Shown one piece after another: positions 39,127 to 50,277 of a stretch of 64,000 nucleotides of DNA. Source of the DNA: Naegleria gruberi (Eukaryota). The stretch is from the NCBI GenBank assembly GCA_000004985.1, contig GG738877.1; one strand, 5' to 3'. Under the pieces are notes generated by a model. It ran no database searches and was not told the DNA's origin. It was given only the letters and a program-made list of their open reading frames with translations. The translations under genes were made by a program, and so were the position numbers. Numbering within the stretch: the first letter of the stretch is position 1; each line of letters begins with the position of its first letter.

Positions 39127-39613
39127 CAGAATGCTATTGAAATCATACACAAAAAACTGTTCTGATGCAAGGAATAGATAGGTTATTGAATTATTAATAT
39201 CATATGTTGGGGAGGTATTGTTTGGTGCTGGTTGACTAGAATTTAAAAACATTCCAATAATATTTTAGTGGGTTTACATTCTCTTACATCTAACCTAAGA
39301 TCATAGTATCCGCCTTAAGGCACTCCTTTCAGGGACAAAGCTTTGAAGAACTACAGTTTGAAGGATGATTAAGGGATGATTAAGCATAGTGTAAATCACA
39401 ATTAAAAGCTGGAGTATCAGATTTAATTTCCTTTTCAATCAACTTGAACCTTTTTCTTCACCTCTTTGATGTTTTCCACCACCTTCATGATGGAACAATT
39501 CAAACGTTTTTCCTTGCTTATCAATGATAAATTGGCGCCACTTTCCAAAGCCTTAAATTTTTAAAATTTTAAAAAAAACTCTCAAATTGAAACTCTAACT
39601 TTCTTCTTCAGTA

Positions 39614-40999
39614 ATGAACGCAAACCATTTCAATAGCCTTTTGAATAAGGTCGCAGAAGGGCATTTCAACAGAAAGATCACAGAATCAAAGGTTTTGAAA
39701 ACCTTTCTCTCTGTGATTAGAATGAAGATTAAGAATAATTTTGATTCACTTATCGGAAAGGAAGAGGAAAACGAAGAGATGGAAAGAATACTTCATTCCT
39801 TTTTAATTGATGAAATTGGTGATGTAAATAATATAATTTATACCCACTCGTTAATTATTAGATCAAAACATTCCATCACAAACGTTGAAGATTTCTTTAA
39901 ATTTCTAACAACAATTGGAAACAAGTACAACCTGTTGGAGTTATTGTTTTTAGATGATCTAGAGCATCAATGGGCTGAATACGATATGATTGTAAGCGAT
40001 TATGAAGAATCGATGAAAGCTTTTGTTAAAAGAAATTTGCCTTTCAATCCTTCATCAATAGAAACCGTTGTAAGGGATAACGAACAGTTTGATGTTTTCG
40101 AACAACTTGTTAATAGGTGGTTCCCAAATGCATCAAACAAGCTTTTGATTGATGGGTTGATTTATTCAATGATGTTTTACTTTAGTATTACCCCTTCCAG
40201 AAAAGATTTAGTTTTGCAAGTTGGAATTCTTCCTCAATTACCAAGTTTCTTTGACAAGTTTTTATTGCTAATGTGTTATTGCAAAAACTTTGAGATGATT
40301 CCATCTGAAAAGTTTAAATTTATCTTGAAGTTTATTATTGATAATAATCCATTCAACAATTTTTCTGACTTGATGAATAGCACCGATACAGTCATTCTGA
40401 CCAAGCTTTTTATTAAGCTAGGGATTGCTTTACATGAAAAAATGGACCAAACAAAACTAGAGGAATTAACTATGCAAATATCTACACTTTCCGAAAACCT
40501 AGAGAAAGAGTCAAGAAAGAATTTGATAACAAGAGAAGAGGTTCAATTAATTAGTATAAAATTGGCAGGGACTGAGGAAGAGTTAAGACTTACCAGAGAG
40601 AAGTTAGAAGAAGAATTACGACTTACCAAAGAGAAGTTACAATCACAAGAAGAAGAGTTAAGAGTTGCAAGAGAGAAATTATTTGAAGTAGAAACTGAAT
40701 TAGCATTGATGAATAATATTATGATTAACCCCAAAAATAGAGAACTGCAAAAGTTAGCCTCACAAATTGAAGCACTCACTCAAACAATATTCTCTCTTCT
40801 TTCACAACAAGACAGTTCACAAAAGGAATGTGCAAGAAAAAGTAAACAAATCGAAGAATTGGAAGGGTTCATCGTTGAAATTCAAGAGAAATATCATTTG
40901 GAAATGAAACAAAGAGCAGAGCAACCTGTTTGTGAATGCAGTTGCACATCCTGTGTTTCTTGTGTTCATAAGAGTAATACGAATATTTCAAACAATTAA
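39614..40999 (+). CDS. Hypothetical protein with a C-terminal coiled coil and Cys-rich tail
   Basis: The start is ATG at 39614. The N-terminal 280 aa are globular and unassigned. Repeats EEELRLTREKLEEELRLTKEKLQSQEEELRVAREKL follow, and the tail is CECSCTSCVSCVHK. Confidence 0.5.
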   Translation: MNANHFNSLLNKVAEGHFNRKITESKVLKTFLSVIRMKIKNNFDSLIGKEEENEEMERILHSFLIDEIGDVNNIIYTHSLIIRSKHSITNVEDFFKFLTTIGNKYNLLELLFLDDLEHQWAEYDMIVSDYEESMKAFVKRNLPFNPSSIETVVRDNEQFDVFEQLVNRWFPNASNKLLIDGLIYSMMFYFSITPSRKDLVLQVGILPQLPSFFDKFLLLMCYCKNFEMIPSEKFKFILKFIIDNNPFNNFSDLMNSTDTVILTKLFIKLGIALHEKMDQTKLEELTMQISTLSENLEKESRKNLITREEVQLISIKLAGTEEELRLTREKLEEELRLTKEKLQSQEEELRVAREKLFEVETELALMNNIMINPKNRELQKLASQIEALTQTIFSLLSQQDSSQKECARKSKQIEELEGFIVEIQEKYHLEMKQRAEQPVCECSCTSCVSCVHKSNTNISNN

Positions 41000-41183
41000 A
41001 TAATAAACCAATATCCAACAGCCTTTAATTACAATGAAATTACCGAAGTTGACTAGAATTTAAAAATAGTTTATGATTTTCACTTAAAAACGAACTTCCA
41101 TCATCTATTTTTATTTTCAAAAAAAATTCAGCCACTTTCTCTGCTGAACTTAAAGAACAACAAAAACAATACAAAATTACAAA

Positions 41184-41741
41184 ATGGCAAGGTCGGAGAA
41201 GAATGGATCTGGATATTGGAGTGATGAATACAAACATTCAAAGAATAGACACGGATCATCACGTGGAAGCGTTAATAAAATAAAGAGAAAGAAGATGAGA
41301 GACGCAACAGCAAGTTTTGGACAAGGAGGGTTACAGAGCATCGATAGCATGCCAACGAGAACTTTTACACAACGATATTCATTGGATACTGTTTATAACT
41401 CTGAAACAACAGAATACAGACACGACAATGTCAAAAGATATAGAGAGAAAGTGGAAGAATTGGACGAAAAGAAGGAGCAACTGAAGCTGGAAAAATTGAG
41501 TGAAAAGTTTGAAGAATGGTCTGCTGGAAAAACTAACAGAACTGTGAGAAAGGCTTTGAAAAAGTCGAAACGTGAAGGATTGGAGCATCCTTTCGAAGAG
41601 GAATCTACTGATTCAGAAATTGAACGAGAAATTGAAAAATCTAGATCAAAACTGGTTGGTGCCAATCAGGAAGTTGTAAAATATTTGGAAACAGGAAGTG
41701 GTAAGTCTTTTCAATGGGAAAGGCATTATTCCACTAAATAA
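41184..41741 (+). CDS. Small highly charged (K/R/E-rich) protein, possibly nucleolar; function unknown
   Basis: The start is ATG at 41184. It is 185 aa and basic at the N-terminus, with a mixed-charge coiled segment. Confidence 0.45.
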   Translation: MARSEKNGSGYWSDEYKHSKNRHGSSRGSVNKIKRKKMRDATASFGQGGLQSIDSMPTRTFTQRYSLDTVYNSETTEYRHDNVKRYREKVEELDEKKEQLKLEKLSEKFEEWSAGKTNRTVRKALKKSKREGLEHPFEEESTDSEIEREIEKSRSKLVGANQEVVKYLETGSGKSFQWERHYSTK

Positions 41742-41828
41742 ATTATTGAAATTTTGAAACTTTAAAATTATTAAATTATTATTATTATTACTATGTACAC
41801 ACTCTTCAAAATTGGGAGAGCAATCCTT

Positions 41829-43046
41829 TTAGAACAATACTCTTGCTTTAATGGTTGATTCCAATTCCTTAATTTGTTTGAAAACTTCCTCAGCAACTGA
41901 TTTATCCAATTCAATGACCATATAACCAATATGTTTTGTTGTGCCCAACAATTGACTAACAACATTGTAATCTTGCAAGAGAGCGTTGATAGATTTCAAC
42001 ACACCATGTCTGTTGACGTGAATGTGAAGCAATCTGTGACAACCAGCATAGTGAACTGGATTAATTTGTGGGAAGTTGACACTACCAAGAGTGATACCTT
42101 CATTCATGTAGGAAATCAACTTTTGAGCCACTTCCTTACCAATAGCATCTTGTGCCTCAATGGTTGAACCACCAATGTGTGGTGTTAAAATTGTGTTTGG
42201 ACAATTTTGAAGTGGTGATGAAAATACATTATCACCATCCTTTTCAGGTTCAGTTGGGAAGACATCGACAGCACAACCATGCAAATGACCACTCTTAAGG
42301 GCACTAGCAAGTGCATTAACATCAACAACACTTCCACGAGAAAGATTCAAAAGGTAGGACCCCTTTTGCATTTGGGCAATTTGTGCTTCCCCAATCAAGT
42401 TATTGGTTTGTTCAGTTTTTGGAACATGGAGGGAGACAAAGTGAGCAGTTGAGAGAACTTGTTCCATACTATCGACAGGTTTAGCATTTCCCAATGGTAA
42501 CTTGTGTTCGATATCATAATAGATAACACTCATACCAAATCCTTCAGCCAATAAACCCAATTGACTTCCTACGTGTCCATAACCAACAATACCCAAAATT
42601 TTACCTCTAATTTCATAACAATCCTTAGCAATCTTGTACCAATGGCCTTGATGCAAACTCTTTACGTGTTCGGAAACCTTACGTGACAACATGACAATTT
42701 CTGACATGGCCAACTCGGCAACAGATCTAGTATTTGCATAAGGTGAGTTAAATACAGGAATACCCTTCTTTTCACAACATTCCAAATCAACTTGATCAGT
42801 TCCAATACAGTAACATCCCACAGCTTTCAATTTTTTAGCATTAGAAAGAACTTTTTCTGTTAATTTAGTTTTTGAACGAATTCCGACCAAGTGAACATCT
42901 TCAATTTTAACAGTTAATTCTTCTTCACTGAGAGATTTGGAAACACTCTCAACCTGGAAACCTTCCTTTTTAAATAAATCAACAGCTGTTTGAGAAATAT
43001 TCTCCAAAAGCAAAACCTTGATGAGGTGTTTAGGATAGCTAGTCAT
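41829..43046 (-). CDS. D-3-phosphoglycerate dehydrogenase (2-hydroxyacid dehydrogenase with C-terminal ACT domain)
   Basis: The start is ATG at 43046. It has the NAD-binding GIVGYGHVGSQLG motif, a catalytic region ending ...TPHIGGST, and a C-terminal ACT-like regulatory domain (LHIHVNRHGVLKSINALL). It is a single exon. Confidence 0.9.
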   Translation of the reverse strand: MTSYPKHLIKVLLLENISQTAVDLFKKEGFQVESVSKSLSEEELTVKIEDVHLVGIRSKTKLTEKVLSNAKKLKAVGCYCIGTDQVDLECCEKKGIPVFNSPYANTRSVAELAMSEIVMLSRKVSEHVKSLHQGHWYKIAKDCYEIRGKILGIVGYGHVGSQLGLLAEGFGMSVIYYDIEHKLPLGNAKPVDSMEQVLSTAHFVSLHVPKTEQTNNLIGEAQIAQMQKGSYLLNLSRGSVVDVNALASALKSGHLHGCAVDVFPTEPEKDGDNVFSSPLQNCPNTILTPHIGGSTIEAQDAIGKEVAQKLISYMNEGITLGSVNFPQINPVHYAGCHRLLHIHVNRHGVLKSINALLQDYNVVSQLLGTTKHIGYMVIELDKSVAEEVFKQIKELESTIKARVLF

Positions 43047-43757
43047 TTTCTATATTACAATTTAATGGTGAGTACAAAAGTATGATGATGATAAATATAA
43101 TACAAAAAGTGATGATGAAAGAATCACTACTGTAGTGAGAAAGAAGTGAGGTAGGTAGGTGGTATGGAAAATATAGTGCCCGAGCGAAAAAACAAATTCT
43201 CTTATTATGAATGGAGGAGAAGTTGCCAACAAGGTTTTGAGTTGTTTTTTTTAAAGTTGGTTTTTCAAAAAACCCGAGATGATCAATAGCAATATTTTGG
43301 ATATTCTCTCGAGAGGTAGATAAATGTACGAAGAGAATGAGAGGAAGATTTCGAAGGGTTTTGTGGTGGTGCCTTGGTTGCAACCTCAATGTATTAATGT
43401 TGGATATTTTTCCACAACGATAAACTGTTTGAGGGTGAGAACGGATAGCTATTGTCAATTTTGAAAGAAGAGAGTAAGATTTTTCAATGGACAATTAGTG
43501 AAAGAAACGATTCTTCAAAAAAAAAAATTCCCTTTCCTAATTGAGGAGAATCGGATTAACGCGAAATTTCTTCTTGCTAATTCAGACAAGTTTCTATTTG
43601 AGTTCAATTCAGCTCTCAATATTATCCAGATGAAATTAAAAGAAACTAATTGTAAAAGTAGATAAAATATATGAATTATCATAAATATAAGAATTTGAAC
43701 GAATTAAGGCTTCTAAAAAAGTGGAATATCAAACACCTAGTAGTAATCAAATCAATT

Positions 43758-45449
43758 TTATTCCATGTCAATATCCACAATTTGAGCAGTAACGCTTGTT
43801 GAGACTGTGGTGATAGGTGCAAATGAGGCCAAAATATTGGCTGGTTCGATGGCTTCAGAATGACCAGCTTTAGTTCTATATGAACGACGTAACTTTTCAA
43901 CAGCTTCAATAGTACTTGGAACGTCATCTATAGTCTTTGGCACAGCAATACGTAATGAGCTGAGTTGATTAAATTTATCAACTGGGTGTTGCAAGGTAGG
44001 GAGGGACATGTTAGGCTTTTTGTTTCCTTGTAATGAGGAAAGATCAAGTTTTTGAGTACGAAGTTTCTTATTCGATCGGAGCTTTTGAAGATAATCCAGT
44101 AAATTATCACAAATCTTGATTTCTTCCTCATAGATGTTCTTTGTTTGTTCTGGCACGGCTTCAGCCCATTGTTGTGTAGTTTCTTTAAGGAAATTTTCAC
44201 GAGCCTTCTTTTCTTGCATTCTCTTTTCTCTGATAGCCTTCTTGTGTTCAAATTGCTTTTGTGTTTGCAATCTATCTTCCAATTTTTCCAAACTTTCCTT
44301 TTGTCTTTGTTGAGAAGATGAAACTTTTCTTAATGTAGATTGACTTTGATAATTGTCATCGAAGAGATTCTTAATTTCCTTCTTGATACCCTTGAGTTGA
44401 TCTTCAAGTTTCTTCTTTTCTTCGAGGGCAGCCTTCTTTTTTGTGGTATTTTCGTCAAGCATGTCAAAATACTTTTGACGTTCATCAACCTTATCCTTAG
44501 AGGCCAAGTTGAGGCCTTGAATCTTGAGCTTGAGCTCCTTCTTGGCATCGAGCTTGTCTCTAACTTGTTTCTTCAAGGCTGAATGCTTTTCAAAGTTATT
44601 TTTCAAAGTGTTGAGAGTTTTGATTTTTCTTAAAATTACTTCTTCTTCCTTCATTGAAAGGGTTTCTGTTTGTTGTTTTTCACTGAGGTAATAAATCTCT
44701 CTGCCAATTTCGTCGGCACTTCTAAACTTGGATTTCTTGACTTCCTCACCAAATTCTTCAATACTTTCATTGAGATCGACAATTTCTTGTTCGATTTGAT
44801 TAATTTGTACAAGAATACGATCCTTTTCATTACGGGTTTCATTTGTTACGTCCTTATATTTACCAATTTCATCAAATAAAACCTTTCTAGCTTCATTCAA
44901 TTGTTTAACCTTCTCGTTAGCCTTTGAAAGCTTTTGATTAATCTTTTCGACTTGATCTTGTTTATCTTCAATAGTTTTTTGAATCTTCTTCAACTTGTCT
45001 TGCACTTCTTGCTCTTTTGGATGTTCAGCTAACTTGGCCTTGATTTCCGAAATCTTTTTACTCAACTCTTCGGAGGTGAGGAATTTCTTTTTATTTTCTT
45101 CCTTGTTGTTTGATTCCTCCTTGTTATCATCCTCTCCGGTTTTTTCTTCCTTCTTGTAATTCTTTTGTCTCTTTTTCTTTTCCTTCTTATCTTCATTTTC
45201 TTCCTTTTTGTTGTTGTTTTCATCACCTTCGACAGCCTTCTTTGGTTTTCTTTCCTTCTTCTTTTTACTATCAGCGGCGATATCTTGTTGTTGTATCACC
45301 TTTTCATTAGTCTTGAGGGCTGATTCCTCTGTGGTAATAGTGGTATTTGTTGTAGAAGCTCCTGTATTTGCTGATGACAAATCAGTTGAAGCGGCTTGCA
45401 GAGTATTTTCAGACATTTTTTTTGTGTTTGGCGCCATGTAGCTTTTCAT
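43758..45449 (-). CDS. K/E-rich coiled-coil protein (possibly Bfr1-like)
   Basis: The start is ATG at 45449 (a second ATG at 45434). A continuous heptad-repeat region sits between an N-terminal basic KKEKKKRQK stretch and a short C-terminal tail. The Bfr1 similarity is architecture-level only. Confidence 0.5.
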   Translation of the reverse strand: MKSYMAPNTKKMSENTLQAASTDLSSANTGASTTNTTITTEESALKTNEKVIQQQDIAADSKKKKERKPKKAVEGDENNNKKEENEDKKEKKKRQKNYKKEEKTGEDDNKEESNNKEENKKKFLTSEELSKKISEIKAKLAEHPKEQEVQDKLKKIQKTIEDKQDQVEKINQKLSKANEKVKQLNEARKVLFDEIGKYKDVTNETRNEKDRILVQINQIEQEIVDLNESIEEFGEEVKKSKFRSADEIGREIYYLSEKQQTETLSMKEEEVILRKIKTLNTLKNNFEKHSALKKQVRDKLDAKKELKLKIQGLNLASKDKVDERQKYFDMLDENTTKKKAALEEKKKLEDQLKGIKKEIKNLFDDNYQSQSTLRKVSSSQQRQKESLEKLEDRLQTQKQFEHKKAIREKRMQEKKARENFLKETTQQWAEAVPEQTKNIYEEEIKICDNLLDYLQKLRSNKKLRTQKLDLSSLQGNKKPNMSLPTLQHPVDKFNQLSSLRIAVPKTIDDVPSTIEAVEKLRRSYRTKAGHSEAIEPANILASFAPITTVSTSVTAQIVDIDME

Positions 45450-45813
45450 TACTCAACTTTAGACAATGAAGCCCTTGTCTATTCCGAACTCAATACCATT
45501 TTCTAATGACATGATAATGACCCAAAGTTGAAGTGTTCAACTCGAATTTGTTGTTTGCCACTGTGATGAAATTTTGTATATTGTCTTAATGAAAACTCAA
45601 CTAACAATCCATTCCATCTCCAAAACAGGCACGGAGCCAACGAATAACTGCATTACGGTTGAGGATTGAATTTGTTAGTCGCTTACAAGAAGATTATTAT
45701 TAAAAAATGTCTTCTTCCTTAAATTGCTATATTCCAACAGGTGTTTTATTATTTTAATTTAAAATAATTAAAAATAATATTTTCATGATGAACAATTAAT
45801 AACCTTTTGGAGA

Positions 45814-48123
45814 ATGACAAAATTTGATTCTAATCCATACAATAGAAGAATATATCCATCTATCACCAAGCAGTCATCAAACAACAAAAAAAAGAACAAC
45901 ATGTATGCTGATTTGACTTTCCAATTCCTTGCTGAAGAGGAAGACAATTCCGTTTATTATTCATCCTATTATGCTTTTCAATCATTTGGATCTGATGAAT
46001 TGCTTTCTCTCTTGAAAAACAAATTTGTAAATCAAGCTAGAAATTTGATCAAATTCTTGAATAACAGAAAACAATTTCTCGAGTATGGAAAACGTTTGAA
46101 AAACAATGGGATCATTCCTACGGGTGTTCCTATAGAATTGATTTGTGATTGTACGGTACATTTGAATGTTTTTGAAACATTTAATAGAGTTTCGTTTGAG
46201 GAGATTATGGCTTGGGTTCCTGGTGAAATATTTTGCATTACAAATAAGCAAGTTATAAAAGAAGCATTGCATTATCGTGGAATCCTTGTAATGGCAAGTG
46301 ATGAATTGAAATCAGACCCAGAATTGGTTCTTAAAGCTATTGAAACAGATGGAAATTTAAAGAAGGGAAGCTTTAAATTTGCTTCCAAGAGTTTGAGGAG
46401 TAATCAACAATTTCTACTGGATGCCATTGAAATAGATGCTGATATTTTAAAGTATGCTGATTCTGCATTGAGAAATGATCCAGATTTTATGAGAAAGGTT
46501 GCTAGAAGACACCTCTATTGCTTTAGATTTATTGGTGAAGAGTTGGAAAGAAATGAGGAATTTATAACCTCTGTAATGATTGAAAACTCACTAGCTATTG
46601 GTTGTTTGGGAGAATTGTCGAGATCATTGTTCAATGATTTGGATCGTGCTGGAGAAGAAATTGTACAATTATTTGAAACATTAGTGGATATGAGTAGGTC
46701 TGACCTCATTGAACATGTTAAGGGAATTTGTCACGATAGGGATTCAATGAAGCAGCTGTTGAGGTGTGATGGTTCACTTTTGGAGTTTTGTACTGAAGAA
46801 CTTCAAAATGACAGGACACTTGTAATAATAGCTGTAAAGAATAGGGGATCCTCTCTCCGATTTGCTGCCCCAAATTTTAAAATGGATCGAGAAATAGTTA
46901 ATCTTGCATGTAAAGATTCAGCAGAAAACTTCAAATATGCCTCAGATTCTCTCAGAAGTAATTTTGATTTTATAATAGAAAATCTGAAAAACGGTATCGA
47001 CCTTGTTCCATATCATACAGCTGATATTGATGAAATGTTGAAATTAATTGGATTTTATTGCTTTGATGATTTTATTCAATTCTCTTGTGAATATTTTCCT
47101 GATTTAGGTTCAGATCTTGATCTGATAGAAAAGATTGTGGAGAGATGTTGGGAAGTGAGACAAGAATTTAGTGACTGGCCGATATTGGAGCATGTTTCCG
47201 AGGAGGTGATTCCTGCTCTTCAAAAAGACATTTTGTTAAAAGTAGTTCAAATGGATGACTCGAACTTTGACAGAATACCTACTGAACTCAAGAATGACAC
47301 AGAAATTCTAGCAGCACATATTACAAACCAGGTCAACCAAGCTCCATATTTTGAAGACTTTGAAAGCCTACCACAATTTCTTGATTCTGAATTCATCAAA
47401 CTATTAATCAATTATAACATTGACTATCGTATTATTGAGCATATGCCTGAAGTTGTAAAAGTAACACCCATTACATCTGAATTTGTGAAGAAATGGCCAC
47501 AAGCTTTTACTCTATGCCCAGAATTTTATTCAGACGATGTACAATTCATTACAGATAGTAACGTTATGGCTATTGCATTTGCTCGTGAACCAGTGCAACT
47601 GGAACACTTGGATTTAGTCGCTCAGGCCATTCAGAAAGATCCTAACGTGTTGACAAAATTACCTGATGATGTCCAAATAGGATTACTCAAACAACACAAA
47701 CCAGACCTATTGAAAGCACTAGCCCAAAATTGTGACGATTATGCGAGGCTATGTGAGGAGGTACAAGCAGATCGTGATGTGATTTTAATGTGTGCTGGTT
47801 CTCCTTTTGGAGGTCATTTGGCTGATCTTATTCCAGAACAAGTCTTGTTGGACAGAGATTTCTTAGTCAACCTTGTCAGGAGAAATGGCTTTACTTACCA
47901 AATGATTCGAGAAATGACTATGGAAGAGGATGAAGATGAAGAATTAGCTATGGAAGCTTTGAAATCTTGGGGCTGGTTTGAATCTTCATTACTATATCAA
48001 TATCATGATGCTAAAATAATTTACAAGATTTTCAAGGAATTATTGAATCAACGTTTGAAGGCTTTTTACAGTGAAGATTTCTTTATTCCCTCAAGATATT
48101 CTTCACTTGCTTTTAAGGTTTAA
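45814..48123 (+). CDS. DUF4116-repeat protein (paralogue 2 of 3)
   Basis: The start is ATG at 45814. Repeats include SDPELVLKAIETDGNLKKGSFKFASKSLRSNQQFLLDAIEIDADILKYADSALRNDPDFMRKV, NDRTLVIIAVKNRGSSLRFAAPNFKMDREIVNLACKDS and ADRDVILMCAG. Confidence 0.7.
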   Translation: MTKFDSNPYNRRIYPSITKQSSNNKKKNNMYADLTFQFLAEEEDNSVYYSSYYAFQSFGSDELLSLLKNKFVNQARNLIKFLNNRKQFLEYGKRLKNNGIIPTGVPIELICDCTVHLNVFETFNRVSFEEIMAWVPGEIFCITNKQVIKEALHYRGILVMASDELKSDPELVLKAIETDGNLKKGSFKFASKSLRSNQQFLLDAIEIDADILKYADSALRNDPDFMRKVARRHLYCFRFIGEELERNEEFITSVMIENSLAIGCLGELSRSLFNDLDRAGEEIVQLFETLVDMSRSDLIEHVKGICHDRDSMKQLLRCDGSLLEFCTEELQNDRTLVIIAVKNRGSSLRFAAPNFKMDREIVNLACKDSAENFKYASDSLRSNFDFIIENLKNGIDLVPYHTADIDEMLKLIGFYCFDDFIQFSCEYFPDLGSDLDLIEKIVERCWEVRQEFSDWPILEHVSEEVIPALQKDILLKVVQMDDSNFDRIPTELKNDTEILAAHITNQVNQAPYFEDFESLPQFLDSEFIKLLINYNIDYRIIEHMPEVVKVTPITSEFVKKWPQAFTLCPEFYSDDVQFITDSNVMAIAFAREPVQLEHLDLVAQAIQKDPNVLTKLPDDVQIGLLKQHKPDLLKALAQNCDDYARLCEEVQADRDVILMCAGSPFGGHLADLIPEQVLLDRDFLVNLVRRNGFTYQMIREMTMEEDEDEELAMEALKSWGWFESSLLYQYHDAKIIYKIFKELLNQRLKAFYSEDFFIPSRYSSLAFKV

Positions 48124-48226
48124 CATTGAATAGGTTCAATATTTGAGAGGATTTATTTCCTTAATCATTATGACTATAGAATAGTCTAAAGTAAATATTG
48201 CACTTTGCCACACCAATTTAAAAAAA

Positions 48227-50239
48227 ATGTCGCTATTCCTCACGCACTGTTTCCCTCATGCTAGCTCATGCACCGATCACTATGAATCCGATTCGGAATA
48301 TGAATGTCGTGACGATCTATTCGATTTAAACAGATTCACACAACCAATTCACGTCGGATTGGATTTAACAATCGAAGGTTCAAGAAAATTAGGACACTAC
48401 CTATTGATCATCATGTGGAGGTTAATATTAAAAAGTCCCATGTTATTCCGAGTGAGAGATGAAGCGAAAGAACAAGTCAAATTGTTGGAGAAATTTTGTT
48501 GCCAGAGACACGAAGAGTTTAGGGAGGTTTGTTCGAATCATCATTTGTTTGAAGATTCGAGTGTGGAAGTGTTTGATGATATGCAGGTGTGGGCTTCCAT
48601 GAGAGAAAGTGAAGAAAATGAGACACGGGAATACGAAGGAGAAAAGAGAATTAAATTAGATGCTGAATCTCTGTCAAAAGTTTATACACTTTCGAATTAT
48701 TTTGCTACTATTGTTAAAAAATACATATTTGGAGAGTTGGCGAAACATGGCACTGTAGAGATTTACAAATTTATCACAAAGCAAAATAAGATTGCACTTA
48801 CATTTAAAATTGAGGAGCTCAGAGATATGGTATTGAAATATTTCGAATATACTCCTTCAATGCTTCCATTGGAAGATCAGGATGTTAAATTATATTTTAT
48901 TGGAATGACAGCCTTACTGGAATATTTGGCAGCTGACATGATTGAATTGGGTGGAAATGCCGCTAGAGATGCCCGTCAGGAATATATTACACCTTCTTGT
49001 TTTGAAATAGCCACTTCAGGAGATGCAGAATTGGAAAGGACTGTACTATTTCACATGAACCATTTGCCTCTCGTTGATTTCAATTATTTTTATGGAGCCA
49101 ATCAAACAGTATTACCTCCTATTGATGTGAATGAGAAAGCCAATAGTGGAGAGGAATTTAATTTTACTCAACTACCAACTGAATTACATCATACCATACT
49201 CAAAAATGTTTCTTCGTTGGAAGAACTTTTGGAAATGAGATTGGTTTGCAAACAATGGAACTATTTCATCATGAATGATAATGATATTTGGAAGAGTTTA
49301 ATTTGTAACAATATGATTTCAGAAGATTTATTCAGGTTCTGTGATTCAACTTTTACTGTTGATGAGTTGGAAACTATTTTGAGTAGAGGAAAAGATCTAA
49401 AACCTCTCCATTTTGGCCAACAAGTAATTAATCATTTCTATGAGAAGAATGATTGGAAGTCCCTATACTTTATTCTCGTACGAAGACATTTGACATTTAT
49501 ACGTGATTTGGATTTGATGAAATCAAGAGAATTTTTCGATGTATTTCAATTAGATTCTTCTGTAGAATCATATGATAACTCGAAAAAGAAACTGCAAATT
49601 GGAATTACAAAGGGTTTATTTGCATATTTCAACTTTACAAAACACCTATCATCACGTGTTTCGTCTAAGGTTTACATTCCTAAAGATGCTCTTTCAGAAT
49701 TTTTGAAATTTGGAAATAATTATTCACTAGTTGGTGTGATTGACTTTTCAAAATTCTCCTCCTTCATTTCATGTCGTTTGTTCCCAAAAAATGGATTATT
49801 ATATTGCTTTTATCACAAAATCAATCAAGCAGATTTTCTATTCTTTGAGAATTATTCTCTTGAATCTGAACAATTAATTGAATTTGAAATCAAAGACAAA
49901 ACCTTTAAATTTCCTCAACCAATTAATCCATACCAAGTCTACCATGAACAAATTGTTGTCAATCAACCTTCATGTTGTCCATTCTTTTACTTGCAGCAAG
50001 CACAAGGTCATCGTTCAGGTTGCAATCTAGCCCCAAGCGTTCTATTTAACAATAATGAAGACAGACCTGAAACAATGATTCAATCCTACCTCAGAGAGGA
50101 TGACGATGATAATATAGTACTGCTATCAGACACCTTGGAGGAATCAGAAGATACTTTTTCTATTTACATTTCAAGAGAGGATTTAATCTTAAGAAAGTTT
50201 GAGAATGCAAAAATTGAATATGTGAAACCAAACTACTAG
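48227..50239 (+). CDS. F-box protein (F-box at about residues 305-345), otherwise unassigned
   Basis: The start is ATG at 48227. LPTELHHTILKNVSSLEELLEMRLVCKQWNYFIMNDNDIWKSL matches the F-box consensus (LP.E.L..I...L....L...R.VCK.W...). Confidence 0.6.
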   Translation: MSLFLTHCFPHASSCTDHYESDSEYECRDDLFDLNRFTQPIHVGLDLTIEGSRKLGHYLLIIMWRLILKSPMLFRVRDEAKEQVKLLEKFCCQRHEEFREVCSNHHLFEDSSVEVFDDMQVWASMRESEENETREYEGEKRIKLDAESLSKVYTLSNYFATIVKKYIFGELAKHGTVEIYKFITKQNKIALTFKIEELRDMVLKYFEYTPSMLPLEDQDVKLYFIGMTALLEYLAADMIELGGNAARDARQEYITPSCFEIATSGDAELERTVLFHMNHLPLVDFNYFYGANQTVLPPIDVNEKANSGEEFNFTQLPTELHHTILKNVSSLEELLEMRLVCKQWNYFIMNDNDIWKSLICNNMISEDLFRFCDSTFTVDELETILSRGKDLKPLHFGQQVINHFYEKNDWKSLYFILVRRHLTFIRDLDLMKSREFFDVFQLDSSVESYDNSKKKLQIGITKGLFAYFNFTKHLSSRVSSKVYIPKDALSEFLKFGNNYSLVGVIDFSKFSSFISCRLFPKNGLLYCFYHKINQADFLFFENYSLESEQLIEFEIKDKTFKFPQPINPYQVYHEQIVVNQPSCCPFFYLQQAQGHRSGCNLAPSVLFNNNEDRPETMIQSYLREDDDDNIVLLSDTLEESEDTFSIYISREDLILRKFENAKIEYVKPNY

Positions 50240-50277
50240 CACGAGCCATCAGCCAAAATTGTTTAATAAATTAAAAA

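Noticed and set aside
39127-39613. Possible continuation of the Na/K-ATPase in another frame or as downstream exons; a GGATGATTAAG direct repeat at about 39370-39392.
   Set aside because: No frame downstream of 39126 encodes any P-type ATPase motif (DKTGT, GDGVND and so on), and only short unrelated ORFs are present. The 11-bp direct repeat is too short to interpret.
43039-43494. A 151-aa minus-strand ORF immediately upstream of the PHGDH start, overlapping it by 8 nt.
   Set aside because: There is no ATG context, it is hydrophobic and low-complexity, and it occupies what should be the PHGDH promoter or 5'UTR. It is probably spurious, though I cannot exclude an upstream ORF.
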